Positions 1 through 10,924 are shown, counted from the stretch's first letter. The stretch is 64,000 nt of DNA from an uncultured Clostridium sp. (GCA_900553945.1 USFR01000003.1:22568-86567), one strand, 5' to 3'. Numbers and translations: made by a program. Notes: generated by a model not told the origin, from the sequence alone.

Positions 1-245
1 GTTTTGAGGAAGGTGTTGATTCATACATTCCTTATGCTGGACAACTAAAAGATAATTTGAATATAACTGTTAATAAGATTAAATCTACAATGTGTAACTG
101 TGGTTCAATTTCAATACCAGAATTTCATCAAAAAGCTCGTTTAACACTAGTATCTAATATTAGTATTAAAGAGGGTTCTGCACATGATGTTATTTTAAAG
201 GAAATTGAGACTAAAGCGTAAAAATATATTGGAAGGATTGTTGTA

Positions 246-1784
246 ATGGAAAATAAAGAATTGATTATAGTATTAGATTTTTATGGGCAATATAATCAGT
301 TAATAGCTAGACGTGTTAGAGAGTGCAATGTTTTTTGCGAGATTTTGCCTTTTAATACACCAGTTGAAAAGATTATTGAGAAAAATCCAAAAGGAATTAT
401 ATTTACAGGAGGACCAGCTAGTGTTTATTTAGATGATGCTCCTAAATGTGATAAACGAATTTTTGAATTAGGTATTCCTATTTTGGGAATTTGTTATGGT
501 ATGCAACTTATGACTCATATGCTTGGAGGAGAAGTTAGAAGAGCATATAAAAGAGAATTCGGAGAAATTAATGTTAATATAGATAATAAGTCTTTATTAT
601 TTGAAGGATTTAAAGATGTTAATACTTGCTTAATGAGCCATATGGATTATGTTGAAAGAATACCTGATAATTTTGAAAAAATAGCTGATACACCTGATTG
701 TAAGTTTGCTGCTATGCAAAATGTTGAGAAGAAGTTTTATGGTATTCAATTTCACCCAGAAGTAAATCATACTAAAAATGGTGTTAAGATTATTCATAAT
801 TTTTTATATAATGTTTGTGGTTGCGAAGGCAATTGGAAAATGAATTCATTTGTTGAAGAGCAAATCAAATTAATTAGAGAAAAAATTGGAGATAGGAAAG
901 CTGTATGTGCTTTGTCTGGTGGAGTTGATTCATCTGTAGCTGCAGCACTTGTAAATAGGGCAATTGGTAAAAATTTAACTTGTATTTTTGTTGATCATGG
1001 ATTGCTTAGAAAAAATGAAGCTGAAGAAGTTGAAGAAATTTTTACAAAACAATTTGATGTTAATTTTATTAAAGTTGATGCAAGAGAAAGATTTTTATCT
1101 AAACTTGCAGGAGTTGATGATCCAGAGAAGAAGAGAAAAATAATTGGTGAAGAATTTATTAGAGTATTCGAGGATGAAGGAAAAAAATTAGGTAAAGTTG
1201 ATTATTTAGTACAAGGTACAATTTATCCTGATGTAATTGAGAGTGGAGTAGGTGTTGGAGCTAAAATAAAGAGTCATCATAATGTTGGTGGATTGCCTGA
1301 TTGTGTTGATTTTAAAGAGATTATAGAACCTTTAAGAGATTTATTTAAAGATGAAGTTAGAAAAGTTGGTGTTGAATTAGGACTTCCAGAGTTTTTAGTT
1401 TACAGACAACCATTCCCAGGCCCAGGACTTGCAATTAGAGTTATTGGAGATATTACAGAGGATAAGTTAAGTATTTTAAGAGAAGCGGATTACATATTTA
1501 GAGAAGAAATTGCAAATGCTAAATTAGATAGAGATATTAATCAATATTTTGCAGTTTTAACAAACTTGAAAAGTGTTGGTGTTATGGGTGATGAGAGAAC
1601 TTATGATTACACTGTTGCATTGAGAGCTGTTACGACATCTGATTTTATGACAGCAACATGGAGTAAAATTCCATATGAAGTTTTGGAAAAAGTTTCTGCA
1701 AGAATTGTAAATGAAGTTAAACATGTAAATAGAGTGGTTTATGATATTACAGGAAAACCACCTGCAACTATTGAATGGGAATAA
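246..1784 (+). CDS. guaA: GMP synthase (glutamine-hydrolysing)
   Basis: 512 aa. N-terminal class-I glutamine amidotransferase with GICYGMQ and FHPE motifs. C-terminal ATP-PPase with SGGVDSSV P-loop. Conserved C-terminus ...ATIEWE. Confidence 0.95.
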   Translation: MENKELIIVLDFYGQYNQLIARRVRECNVFCEILPFNTPVEKIIEKNPKGIIFTGGPASVYLDDAPKCDKRIFELGIPILGICYGMQLMTHMLGGEVRRAYKREFGEINVNIDNKSLLFEGFKDVNTCLMSHMDYVERIPDNFEKIADTPDCKFAAMQNVEKKFYGIQFHPEVNHTKNGVKIIHNFLYNVCGCEGNWKMNSFVEEQIKLIREKIGDRKAVCALSGGVDSSVAAALVNRAIGKNLTCIFVDHGLLRKNEAEEVEEIFTKQFDVNFIKVDARERFLSKLAGVDDPEKKRKIIGEEFIRVFEDEGKKLGKVDYLVQGTIYPDVIESGVGVGAKIKSHHNVGGLPDCVDFKEIIEPLRDLFKDEVRKVGVELGLPEFLVYRQPFPGPGLAIRVIGDITEDKLSILREADYIFREEIANAKLDRDINQYFAVLTNLKSVGVMGDERTYDYTVALRAVTTSDFMTATWSKIPYEVLEKVSARIVNEVKHVNRVVYDITGKPPATIEWE

Positions 1785-1864
1785 AATTATATTTTATGTA
1801 TTGCTAATTTTTAATGATTAGTATATAATAACAAACGAACTTGAAATATAGTTCGTTTTTATAT

Positions 1865-1939
1865 TGGGGTATCGCCAAGCGGTAAGGCATCGGACTCTGA
1901 CTCCGACATGCGTAAGTTCGAATCTTACTACCCCAGCCA
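1865..1939 (+). tRNA. tRNA-Gln (anticodon CUG)
   Basis: 75 nt. UGGGGUAUCGCCAAGCGGUAAGGCA... is nearly identical in its 5' half to canonical bacterial tRNA-Gln. Acceptor stem TGGGGTA/TACCCCA, discriminator G, CCA encoded. Anticodon loop CUCUGAC. Confidence 0.85.
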
Positions 1940-1946
1940 ACGTTAA

Positions 1947-1995
1947 AAATCTGCAAATGTAAAAAATTAAGAAAGCATTTGCAGATTTATTATAT
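1947..1995 (+). terminator. rho-independent terminator after tRNA-Gln
   Basis: Inverted repeat AAATCTGCAAATG...CATTTGCAGATTT followed by T-rich tract. Confidence 0.65.
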
Positions 1996-2127
1996 ATTAG
2001 GAAGGTTATATAAGGTTTAATGATAGAATAATTGATTAGTAAATTATAAGTGTATTGTAAAAAAGCTAAATAGTTAAAATTTTAAAATGAAGTTTCAAAT
2101 TATAAGTAATGTGAAAAGGAGAATGAT

Positions 2128-2916
2128 GTGATAAAATTTAGTAAAGAAGGTGGAATGATTAAGCCAACAGGAATTAGAAAATTAGATGGAAAACATGATA
2201 TGAATTTAAGTTTACCTCATATTGCAATAGGAGTGCTTTCGGAATGTTTATTGAATGATATTGTTCAAAAGTTTTTATGTGAAAAGGTTGGTACACTTAG
2301 TTGTGCTAATTGTCAAAGACCGGTGTATATTATGAAATATAAGGATGTAAAATTTACATTATTTCTTGCAGGTGTAAGTGGACCTTGGATAAGTTCAGAT
2401 ATTGAACAATTAAATGTTCACGGAGTTGATACATTTATTATTTTTGGAAATTGTGGCGTATTGGATAAAAATATCGAAGATTGTTCAATAATAATTCCTA
2501 ATAAGGCTTTTAGAGATGAGGGAACAAGTTATCATTATATGACTGAGTCTGATTGGGTTGAGCTAAATCCAAAATATACAGATGTATTTAAACAAGTGCT
2601 TAAAGAAAATAATTATGAATTTGTTGAAGGTGCAACATGGACTACAGATGGCTTTTTTAGAGAAACGAGGGAGAAGGTTAAATATTTTAAAGAGCAAGGT
2701 GCTGTTTGTGTTGAGATGGAAGGTGCGTGTATTGCTGCTGTTTGTAAATATAAGAATTTAGATTATTTTACGTTTTATTATGCAGGGGACAATATGGATG
2801 CGGTTGAATGGGATGAAAGAAGTCTTAATCAATTAACTAGTTTTGAAAAGAAAAAATTGGTGCCTTATTTAGCGTTTGAATTGGCAAGAAAAATAAGTGA
2901 TATAAGAGGATGTTAA
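2128..2916 (+). CDS. PNP/UDP-family nucleoside phosphorylase (GTG start)
   Basis: 262 aa. FGNCG and VEMEGAC motifs typical of the purine/uridine nucleoside phosphorylase / MTA nucleosidase fold. RBS AAAGGAGAA upstream of GTG. Confidence 0.75.
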   Translation: MIKFSKEGGMIKPTGIRKLDGKHDMNLSLPHIAIGVLSECLLNDIVQKFLCEKVGTLSCANCQRPVYIMKYKDVKFTLFLAGVSGPWISSDIEQLNVHGVDTFIIFGNCGVLDKNIEDCSIIIPNKAFRDEGTSYHYMTESDWVELNPKYTDVFKQVLKENNYEFVEGATWTTDGFFRETREKVKYFKEQGAVCVEMEGACIAAVCKYKNLDYFTFYYAGDNMDAVEWDERSLNQLTSFEKKKLVPYLAFELARKISDIRGC

Positions 2917-3647
2917 GCTTGGAAGAGTTTGTTGAAATAAATGGAGAAAAAATATATTTTTTTGTTCAAAGAAAAAGAATAAAGAATTTGAATTTAAAAG
3001 TAAATGTTGATAAAACAGTGACATTGTCAATTCCAATGAGATTGTCAATGAATGTTGCTAAAGATTTTGTTAGAAAAAAGAGCGGTTGGATAAAGAAACA
3101 GCAAAATTTTTATGAGAGAGTTTTAAAAGAAAAAGAGAATTTGAAATTTGAAAATGATGAAACTGTGTATTTGCATGGAAAAAAGTATAAGTTGGAAATT
3201 ATAAAGAATACGGTAAATGGTGTTAATGTAAAGGATGACACTATTGAGATTTATGTGAAAGAAAAGTATGCAGATAATGCTGAATACATAAGTAGAGTAT
3301 ATGATAAATGGCTTAGAGAATATGCATTAGAAGTTTTTGAAAAAGTTGTTATTGAGTATCAAAAGATCTTAAAGGATTATGGGGTTAAGATGCCTAAAAT
3401 AGAGGTTAGAAAAACAAAGGCTATATGGGGAAGTTGTATGCCAATGAAAAATAAGGTTACGTTTAATTTGAATTTGATTAAAACGCCTATGGAATGTATT
3501 GAATATGTTGTTTTGCATGAATTATCTCATTTTAAATTTCAAAATCATAGTAAGAATTTTTACAATTTTATTGCTATGTTTATGCCTGATTGGAAAGAGA
3601 GAAAGAGAATACTGGATAAAGAGTATATTGGAATAGGAAGAAAGTAA
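2910..3647 (+). CDS. YgjP-like metal-dependent hydrolase (DUF45/M48-like, HExxH)
   Basis: 245 aa. C-terminal HELSHF zinc motif and overall YgjP/SprT-like architecture. 7-nt overlap with the upstream gene. Confidence 0.75.
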   Translation: MLSLEEFVEINGEKIYFFVQRKRIKNLNLKVNVDKTVTLSIPMRLSMNVAKDFVRKKSGWIKKQQNFYERVLKEKENLKFENDETVYLHGKKYKLEIIKNTVNGVNVKDDTIEIYVKEKYADNAEYISRVYDKWLREYALEVFEKVVIEYQKILKDYGVKMPKIEVRKTKAIWGSCMPMKNKVTFNLNLIKTPMECIEYVVLHELSHFKFQNHSKNFYNFIAMFMPDWKERKRILDKEYIGIGRK

Positions 3648-3651
3648 TGTT

Positions 3652-3684
3652 AAGAATGAGTATTTTTTACTCATTCTTTTTATA
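3652..3684 (+). terminator. rho-independent terminator
   Basis: AAGAATGAGTA / TACTCATTCTT hairpin followed by TTTTT. Confidence 0.7.
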
Positions 3685-3689
3685 TTTTA

Positions 3690-3816
3690 AAAGAACATTA
3701 TATTTTATTTTTGCATTCCTTGCTAAAAGATTTTACCGCCCACTAAACTTTGTTTAGCAGGCTAGGTAAAAACTTTCAAACTGCGCGTCATTGGAAAATA
3801 AAATATAATGTTCTTT
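3690..3816. repeat. Structured palindromic intergenic element of unknown function
   Basis: Perfect 20-bp inverted repeat AAGAACATTATATTTTATTT / AAATAAAATATAATGTTCTT encloses an 87-bp core. The core has a nested palindrome (CTTGCTAAA...TTTAGCAGG). Confidence 0.4.
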
Positions 3817-3925
3817 AATAAAAAAAGAATAATATACATAGATTTGCTTTTGCTCTAAAGGTTGCTTAATTGTGCAAATTTTGTTATAATGTGTTTGATT
3901 TTTACGAATTTTGGGAGAAGATTAA

Positions 3926-4567
3926 ATGAATAATTTTATTGGAATTATAATTTCGGCAATATATATTACACTTGTTATAGTATCATCAAAGTTTGTTAAT
4001 AAATTTGGTGAAGAGGCTAGTAGAAAATATGTACATATTTTATTGTCAAATGTGTGGATCATTTATTTGTTTTTTATTGATTCAATATGGGCTGCTTGTG
4101 TTTTACCAATTGCTTTTGTTTTCATAAACTTATTATCTTATAAATTTAAATTGATAAAATCTATTGAACGTGAGAAAAATGATGGTTTAGGTACGGTATA
4201 TTATGCTGTGTCTATGTTGATTGCTTCAATTATTTCATATGGAGTTGGTTGCCCAATCGTTGGTGCATCTGGTATTTTAATTATGGGATATGGAGATGGT
4301 TTAGCTGCTATTGTTGGAAAAAAGATAAAGAGCCAAAAGTATAAAATAGGTGATACTGTAAAAAGTGTTGCGGGTTCACTAACTATGTTTATTATTAGTT
4401 TGGTGATTTCGTTTATAGTATTAAAAATTATAGGTATCAAGTGTTTATTTCTTGATGCTATTTGTATTGCTGTTATTTCAACGATTTTGGAAGCGGTTTC
4501 AATAAAAGGATTGGATAATATAACAGTTCCTGTAATTGTAACAATATTAACGTTATTGGCTGTTTAG
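3926..4567 (+). CDS. Polytopic membrane protein, CTP-dependent polyprenol/dolichol-kinase-like (CdsA-related) family
   Basis: 213 aa, multiple TM segments. YGDGLAAIVGKK...KSVAGSL motif resembles the CTP-transferase/polyprenol kinase family. Adjacent to dxs, likely co-transcribed. Confidence 0.5.
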   Translation: MNNFIGIIISAIYITLVIVSSKFVNKFGEEASRKYVHILLSNVWIIYLFFIDSIWAACVLPIAFVFINLLSYKFKLIKSIEREKNDGLGTVYYAVSMLIASIISYGVGCPIVGASGILIMGYGDGLAAIVGKKIKSQKYKIGDTVKSVAGSLTMFIISLVISFIVLKIIGIKCLFLDAICIAVISTILEAVSIKGLDNITVPVIVTILTLLAV

Positions 4568-4576
4568 GAGGATTAT

Positions 4577-6433
4577 ATGATTTTTGATAAGGTAAATATG
4601 CCTGAGGATGTAAAAAAATTAAATATTGAAGAAAAAAAAGAACTTTCAGGAGAGATAAGAGAAAAAATTCTTGATGTTGTGTCTAAGAATGGTGGACATC
4701 TTGCTTCAAATTTAGGTGTTGTTGAGCTTACAATTGCTCTTCATTCTGTTTTTAATATGCCTAAAGATAAGATAGTATGGGATGTTGGACATCAGACTTA
4801 TGTTCATAAAATGCTAACTGGAAGAAAAGATAAATTTGATTCTTTAAGAAAAATGGATGGACTTGCTGGATTTCCTAGAACATCGGAATCTGAATATGAT
4901 AGTTTTGATACAGGTCATAGTAGTACATCAATTTCTGTTGCTTTAGGTATGGCAAGAGCAAGAGATATATTGCATGAAGATAATAAAGTTATTGCTGTGA
5001 TTGGTGATGGTGCAATGACTGGTGGAATGGCGTTAGAGGCTTTAAATGATGCTGGTATTAGTAAAACAAATTTGATTGTTGTTTTAAATGATAATGAAAT
5101 GAGTATTTCTAAAAATACTGGTGGACTTGCTTTAATGCTTTCAAAATTAAGAACGAAGAAGCTTTATATAAATTCTAATGTTTCTGTAAAGAATTTTATT
5201 AGAAAGATCCCTGTTGTTGGAGAGTGGATTGTTAAATTAGTTGTTAAATTAAAAAATAGTATTAAACAATTAGTTATTCCAAAGATGTTTTTTGAGAATA
5301 TTGGTTTTAGATATTTAGGACCTGTAGATGGCCATAATATTGAGGATTTAGAAAGTATATTTAATATAAGTAAAGAACTTGAAGGACCTGTTCTAATTCA
5401 TGTTGTGACTAAAAAAGGGAAAGGTTATAAATATGCTGAGGAGAATCCTAATAAATATCATTCTACTTCTCCTTTTAATATAGAAACAGGTGAAAAGAAA
5501 AAAGGATCTGCTAAAGATTATTCTAAGGTTATGGGAGAAAAGTTAGTAAAACTTGCTGAGAAAGATGAAAAAATTGTAGCTGTTACAGCTGCTATGGAAG
5601 ATGGTACAGGGCTTTCAGAATTTGCTAAAAAATTTCCAAATAGATTTTTTGATGTTGAAATTGCAGAACAACATGCACTGGGTATGGTTGCGGGAATGGC
5701 TAAGAATGGCTTGAAACCTGTAATACCAATTTATTCGTCATTTTTACAAAGAGGATATGACCAGCTAATTCATGATATTGCTCTTCAAAAGTTGCCGGTT
5801 GTAGTATGTGTTGACAGAGCGGGAATTGTTGGAAATGATGGGGATACTCATCAAGGAATATTGGATTTATCTTTCTTAAATACTGTTCCTAATTTTACTG
5901 TAATGGCTCCAAAGAATTTTAGAGAATTGGATGATATGCTTGAATTTGCAGTAAATTTTGATGGACCAGTGGCTATTAGATATCCAAGAGGCTCAGAGAG
6001 TTCATATGATTTTGGAGAGAAAATTGAAAAAATTGAATTAGGAAAATCAGAATTGTTGCAACCAGGTGAAGATGTTACAATTTTAGCAATTGGTAAGATG
6101 GTTTCTTATGCAATGGAAGTTGCAGAGAAATTGAAAGAAAATGAAATTAATGCAGAAGTTATTAATGCTAGATTTATGAAGCCTTTTGATGAAGAAAATA
6201 TTTTAAAATCAATTTCAAAAACTAAGAAAATTGCTACTATGGAGGATAATATTTCTGCTACTGGATTTGCAAGTAGAGTTGATGTGGTAATTGCAAACAA
6301 TGATTGCAAGGTTTTAAATTTAGGATATCCAGAAGATTTTATAAAACATGGTTCAGTTTCTGAGATTGAAAATAAATATGAATTAGACGTTGAAAGTGTT
6401 ACAAAGAAAATAGTTGAGTTTGTTGGAAAATAA
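4577..6433 (+). CDS. dxs: 1-deoxy-D-xylulose-5-phosphate synthase
   Basis: 618 aa. TPP-binding GDGAMTGG motif, transketolase-like pyrimidine and C-terminal domains. Strong RBS AGGAGG. Confidence 0.95.
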   Translation: MIFDKVNMPEDVKKLNIEEKKELSGEIREKILDVVSKNGGHLASNLGVVELTIALHSVFNMPKDKIVWDVGHQTYVHKMLTGRKDKFDSLRKMDGLAGFPRTSESEYDSFDTGHSSTSISVALGMARARDILHEDNKVIAVIGDGAMTGGMALEALNDAGISKTNLIVVLNDNEMSISKNTGGLALMLSKLRTKKLYINSNVSVKNFIRKIPVVGEWIVKLVVKLKNSIKQLVIPKMFFENIGFRYLGPVDGHNIEDLESIFNISKELEGPVLIHVVTKKGKGYKYAEENPNKYHSTSPFNIETGEKKKGSAKDYSKVMGEKLVKLAEKDEKIVAVTAAMEDGTGLSEFAKKFPNRFFDVEIAEQHALGMVAGMAKNGLKPVIPIYSSFLQRGYDQLIHDIALQKLPVVVCVDRAGIVGNDGDTHQGILDLSFLNTVPNFTVMAPKNFRELDDMLEFAVNFDGPVAIRYPRGSESSYDFGEKIEKIELGKSELLQPGEDVTILAIGKMVSYAMEVAEKLKENEINAEVINARFMKPFDEENILKSISKTKKIATMEDNISATGFASRVDVVIANNDCKVLNLGYPEDFIKHGSVSEIENKYELDVESVTKKIVEFVGK

Positions 6434-6434
6434 A

Positions 6435-7199
6435 ATGATAGATGAAAATGATTTATTAATTGCAAAGGTTTTAGATAAGAAGAAAATTTGCAATTCTAAA
6501 AATAAAATTACATATACAGATTTTTTAAATGAAAAAGAGCAACGTGTTATTGAGAAAAATGTGAAACTTGAAAATGCTTTTTTCTATGGAGTGAATGAAA
6601 ATGCTGATAGAAAAATATTAGTTTTTTATCCTGAAAAGTTAACAGAAGAACTTGTTAGAAAATCACTTAAAAGTGTGCTTTCTGGAATTAGGATTATTCT
6701 TAAAAATGATCAAATAGGAAATTATGAACATAAAAATTATTTGTCTGCACTTATAAAAATTGGAATTGATAGAGGAAAAATAGGTGATATATTAGTTGAT
6801 GATTATGGTGCTGATATAATTGCTTTTGACATGAATAAAGAATTTATAATCCAGTCGTTGAGCGAACTTACTCGTTTTAGAAAAGCAAATATTGACATTA
6901 TTCCTATAGATGATATTAAGCAAAAAATTGATAGATTTGAAGAAAGTACGATTATTGTTTCTAGCATGAGAATTGATAATATTGTTGCTGAACTTGCAGG
7001 ATGTTCTAGAACAAATGCAGATGAGTATATAAACAGCGAAAAAGTATTTGTTAATTATGAGACGGTTTTAAAGGTTTCAAAGACTATTTTTGAAGGTGAT
7101 ATAGTAACTATTAGAGGCAAAGGAAAGTTTAGAATTGACGGTTTGGTCAGAAATACAAGAAATAATCGTTTTGTTATCAAAGTCAACAAATATGCTTAA
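6435..7199 (+). CDS. YlmH-like RNA-binding protein with C-terminal S4 domain
   Basis: About 255 aa. C-terminal S4 fold (IDNIVAELAGCSRTNADEYINSEKVFVN). ATG at 6435 is 2 nt after the dxs stop. An in-frame TTG at 6414 is the alternative start. Confidence 0.55.
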   Translation: MIDENDLLIAKVLDKKKICNSKNKITYTDFLNEKEQRVIEKNVKLENAFFYGVNENADRKILVFYPEKLTEELVRKSLKSVLSGIRIILKNDQIGNYEHKNYLSALIKIGIDRGKIGDILVDDYGADIIAFDMNKEFIIQSLSELTRFRKANIDIIPIDDIKQKIDRFEESTIIVSSMRIDNIVAELAGCSRTNADEYINSEKVFVNYETVLKVSKTIFEGDIVTIRGKGKFRIDGLVRNTRNNRFVIKVNKYA

Positions 7200-7296
7200 A
7201 ATCAACATATTTACAGATTTTGAAAATAAAATATTGCAAACTTATTATTAAAAATATATAATAATATATATTTTTATGATAGGTGATAAATAAATT

Positions 7297-7869
7297 ATGA
7301 ATAAAACTAAAAGAAAGATTTTCGAAACTTCTATGAAATTGTTTGCTGAAAAAGGTTATGATGCTACGAGTGTCGAGGAAATTACTGCTACAGTTGGTGT
7401 TGCTAAAGGTACTTTGTATTATCATTTTTCGAGCAAAGAAGAAATTTATAATTTTTTATTAGAAGAAGGTACAAAACTTTTAATAAATAATATAGATTTA
7501 AAAATTTCAAAATTAAATAATTCAATAGATAAATTGAGAGCAGTTGCGTTGCTTCAATTGAGAATAATAACTAAGTACCAAAATTTGATTACTATTTATT
7601 TATCTCAGGTCTGGGGTAGCGATCAGCGAAATCAAAAGTGTCAAAAGTATATAACTGATTATATTGGCAAGATTGAAGAGATTGTTAAAGAAGGTATTCA
7701 GAGTGGTGAGTTGAAAGATGGTAATAGTGGTATTATTGCTTCTGAAATCTTTTCATTTACGTGTGCTGGATTTATGTATAAAATAAAGTCAGGAAATCCA
7801 ATAGATATTAAAGAGTTATGTTTGGAATTTGATAAAATGATTTATGGATTGAAAAGAGATGTTAAGTAG
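7297..7869 (+). CDS. TetR/AcrR family transcriptional regulator
   Basis: 190 aa. N-terminal HTH FAEKGYDATSVEEITATVGVAKGTLYYHFSSKEE. An AT-rich palindrome in the upstream promoter region is a possible operator. Confidence 0.85.
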   Translation: MNKTKRKIFETSMKLFAEKGYDATSVEEITATVGVAKGTLYYHFSSKEEIYNFLLEEGTKLLINNIDLKISKLNNSIDKLRAVALLQLRIITKYQNLITIYLSQVWGSDQRNQKCQKYITDYIGKIEEIVKEGIQSGELKDGNSGIIASEIFSFTCAGFMYKIKSGNPIDIKELCLEFDKMIYGLKRDVK

Positions 7870-7902
7870 CAAGTGGTATTTTTAGGAAGGAATGAAATAA
7901 AA

Positions 7903-9645
7903 ATGGGTAAAGGGATACATGATTATGTTAAAATAACAGATTTAAAGGATATGTTAAATAAGTCTGCAAAGACATATGGTGATAAGCCGGCTTTTAGATT
8001 TAAAACTAAGGAACCTGGAGTTTTTAATGATATATCTTATAAAGAATTTTCAAATCAGGTTAATGCTTTAGGAACAGCGTTAGTTAATTTAGGTTTAAAA
8101 GATAAGAGAATAGCTGTTATTTCAGAAAATAGATATGAATGGGCTGTTTCATATTTAGCTGTTGTTGCTGGTACGGGAATTGTTGTACCAATGGATAAAT
8201 CTTTACCTGAAAATGAAATTAAAAGTTTAATTGAACGTTCGGAAGTTGATGCTATTATATTTAGTGATAAATATCTTGATGTTATGAAGGATGTCAAGAA
8301 TTCTGGAACTTCAAATTTAAAATATTATATTTGTATGGATTTAAAGAAAGATGAAAATGATATTTTATCTTTTAAAGAGTTAATAAAAAAAGGAGAAAAA
8401 TTACTTGCAGGAGGAAATAAAGACTTTGTTGATGCAACTATTGATGCTGAGAAAATGTCTATAATGCTATTTACTTCTGGTACAACTGCAAAATCAAAAG
8501 CTGTTGCTTTATCTCATAAAAATTTATGTACAAACCTTCAAGATATTGCTTCAATGTTTGATATAGGTACAAATGATAGAATGCTTTCTTTCTTACCTTT
8601 ACATCATACTTTTGAATCAACTGTTGGATTTTTATATCCAATTTATGCTGGTGCAACAATATGTTATTGCGATGGAATAAGACATATTGCTGATAATATT
8701 AGAGAATATCAAATTACTGCAATGATTTCAGTTCCTATTTTGTATGAAAATATGTATAAAAAGGTAATGAGAGGTATTGCTAAAAAAGGTAAATTAAAAA
8801 AAGTTGAAAAAGGAATGAAAATAAGCAACTTTTTAATGAAATTGCATATAGATGCTAGAAGAAAAATATTTAAAGAAATTCATGATTTATTAGGTGGAAA
8901 GGTTAGATTGTTTATTAATGGTGCTGCTGCTTTGGATCCTGAAGTTGAAAAAGGTTTTAATGCTTTAGGAATTAATATGGCACAGGGATATGGTTTAACA
9001 GAAACATCTCCTGTTTTAGCTGCAGGAAATGGACAACCTAAATATTCTAGAATTGGTTCTGTTGGTAAAGCTTTCCCAAGTGTAGAATTAAAAATAGATG
9101 AACCAAATGAAAATGGAATTGGTGAAATAATTGCAAAAGCTGACTCTATTATGCTTGAGTATTATGGCGATGAAGAGGCTACAAAGGAAGCGATTATTGA
9201 TGGTTGGTTTCATACAGGTGATTTAGGATATTTTGATAAAGATGGTTTCTTATTTATTGCTGGTAGAAAAAAGACAGTTATTGTGTTGAAAAATGGGAAG
9301 AATATTTATCCAGAAGAAATTGAAGCTTTGCTTGGTAGAATTGATGGTGTAAAAGAATCTTTTGTTTATGGAGTTCCTGCTAATAATGCTGATGAAAAAG
9401 AATCAAAGATTAATGCTGAAATAGTTTATGAAAAAGAAAGAATGAAAGAGTTAATTGAGACTGATGATGAAGATAAAATAAAAGAATATATGTGGGAGCA
9501 TGTTAAAGAAATTAATAAAACTATGCCATCATACAAATATATAAGAGAAATTATTGTTACTGATCAAGAGTTAATTAAAACAACAACTCAGAAAGTAAAA
9601 CGACATGAGGAAATCAAAAAAGTCCTAGGGAAACAAGAAATGTAA
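7903..9645 (+). CDS. Long-chain-fatty-acid--CoA ligase (AMP-binding enzyme)
   Basis: AMP-binding motif LFTSGTTAKSKAV, YGLTETS, GWFHTGDLG and FIAGRKK motifs. ATG at 7903 has RBS AGGAAGG. The ORF track begins at an in-frame GTG at 7873. Confidence 0.85.
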   Translation: MGKGIHDYVKITDLKDMLNKSAKTYGDKPAFRFKTKEPGVFNDISYKEFSNQVNALGTALVNLGLKDKRIAVISENRYEWAVSYLAVVAGTGIVVPMDKSLPENEIKSLIERSEVDAIIFSDKYLDVMKDVKNSGTSNLKYYICMDLKKDENDILSFKELIKKGEKLLAGGNKDFVDATIDAEKMSIMLFTSGTTAKSKAVALSHKNLCTNLQDIASMFDIGTNDRMLSFLPLHHTFESTVGFLYPIYAGATICYCDGIRHIADNIREYQITAMISVPILYENMYKKVMRGIAKKGKLKKVEKGMKISNFLMKLHIDARRKIFKEIHDLLGGKVRLFINGAAALDPEVEKGFNALGINMAQGYGLTETSPVLAAGNGQPKYSRIGSVGKAFPSVELKIDEPNENGIGEIIAKADSIMLEYYGDEEATKEAIIDGWFHTGDLGYFDKDGFLFIAGRKKTVIVLKNGKNIYPEEIEALLGRIDGVKESFVYGVPANNADEKESKINAEIVYEKERMKELIETDDEDKIKEYMWEHVKEINKTMPSYKYIREIIVTDQELIKTTTQKVKRHEEIKKVLGKQEM

Positions 9646-9662
9646 CGAAAATGTAATAGAAA

Positions 9663-9692
9663 AAAGATACAAAAGTAATTGTATCTTTTTTT
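9663..9692 (+). terminator. rho-independent terminator
   Basis: AAGATACAA/TTGTATCTT hairpin followed by TTTTTT. Confidence 0.7.
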
Positions 9693-9758
9693 AGTTAACG
9701 GTATAATGAATTTAGTTAAATTTTGAGTTTGTACAAATTTAAAGGAGGTCAGTTTACA

Positions 9759-10808
9759 ATGTCATTATTTGATAAATTATTTAATCATAAACAAGGCATA
9801 GTAAACGTGAGGATGGTAATCACGGAAGAAAAGATATTGTCTAATATAGAAAAAGTTCAAAAGATGATAAATCCTAAGAGCAAAAAGCAAATTGTTCAAC
9901 TAGAAGAAGATTCTTACTTCAAAGATTTAGTTGAATCAATTAAGACATACTTGGAGGAATATCCTAAGAAAAAGAATTTTCCAAGAAGTGTGTATAAGGC
10001 TGCTTATGATTTAGTTGAATTTGCAACAAATCAATTTGAAGAGAACACTAAAAAGATTGAGGAATTAATAATTCAAAGAGAAAAAAATATTAGTTCTGCT
10101 TTTGAATTAAAAACTATTTTATCTAAGGTTTTGAAGAAAGAAGAAGGATATGAACAAGAGATTGAAAATGCATCAGTTAAGTTTTCTGATGATATTGGTG
10201 AGTCTTTAAAAATTCTTTCTCAAGGAACTGATGATGAAGAAAAGAAATCTGCAAGAAAATTAATAGATGCTAGAATTAATAATTTGGAATCTAATTTCCA
10301 TATAGAAATAGATATGGAAAGAATTGAAGATAAATCTAAGGCTTTAAGCTATATTGGAATTGAAATTGCTGATGCTTTGAAGTATATACCTGCACCGGTA
10401 GAAGAAGTTTCTTCAGAACCTGTTCAAGAAAAAGTTGAAAAGGTTGAAGTTAAACCACAAGAAGTAAAAGTTGCTCCTGTTAAGGCTGAACCAGTTCAGG
10501 CTAAAGCTGATGTAACTGAAGCAAAAACTTCTTCTAAGAGTGGTTCAAACATTGCTGCTGCAACAGTTGTTAAGCCTCAAGCAGAAGCAAAGGTTAATCC
10601 TATTCTTGCGCAAGCTAAACAAGAAAAAGAAGATGATCAAATTTTAAATGATATGTATATGCAAGAGACCAGATTTGATGTTAAGCCTTCATTATGGCAA
10701 AGATTTAAAAATTCTAAAATTATTAGAACAATTAGATATGTAATGAAAATTAGAGTTGTCCTTGAATTTCCTGCTTTACCAGAAGGAAGAGGAGAGAGTA
10801 ATTTATAA
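9759..10808 (+). CDS. Hypothetical protein with low-complexity charged V/K/E/P/A-rich repeat region
   Basis: ATG at 9759 after strong RBS AAAGGAGG. Central region EPVQEKVEKVEVKPQEVKVAPVKAEPVQAKADV. No recognisable catalytic motif. Confidence 0.55.
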   Translation: MSLFDKLFNHKQGIVNVRMVITEEKILSNIEKVQKMINPKSKKQIVQLEEDSYFKDLVESIKTYLEEYPKKKNFPRSVYKAAYDLVEFATNQFEENTKKIEELIIQREKNISSAFELKTILSKVLKKEEGYEQEIENASVKFSDDIGESLKILSQGTDDEEKKSARKLIDARINNLESNFHIEIDMERIEDKSKALSYIGIEIADALKYIPAPVEEVSSEPVQEKVEKVEVKPQEVKVAPVKAEPVQAKADVTEAKTSSKSGSNIAAATVVKPQAEAKVNPILAQAKQEKEDDQILNDMYMQETRFDVKPSLWQRFKNSKIIRTIRYVMKIRVVLEFPALPEGRGESNL

Positions 10809-10818
10809 AAAATAGATT

Positions 10819-10857
10819 AAGGGACTACTAAAAGCGGTAGTCCTTTAATTTTTTTCA
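10819..10857 (+). terminator. rho-independent terminator
   Basis: GGGACTAC...GTAGTCC hairpin followed by T-rich run. Confidence 0.65.
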
Positions 10858-10924
10858 AAAAAATTAAAAAATGTCTTGACATATTTAAAGTATTAAATTA
10901 TAATAGGTCTTGCAGTTGAGAAAT

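Noticed and set aside
3690-3816. TPP (thi-box) riboswitch upstream of dxs operon
   Set aside because: No CUGAGA / ACCUGAUCUGGAUAAUGCCAGCG-type thi-box motifs. The structure is a simple nested palindrome.
4201-8659. Short antisense ORFs inside dxs, the membrane protein and fadD (4201-4440, 6106-6465, 8055-8297, 8471-8659)
   Set aside because: They are nested antisense to genes with clear domain content. No RBS.
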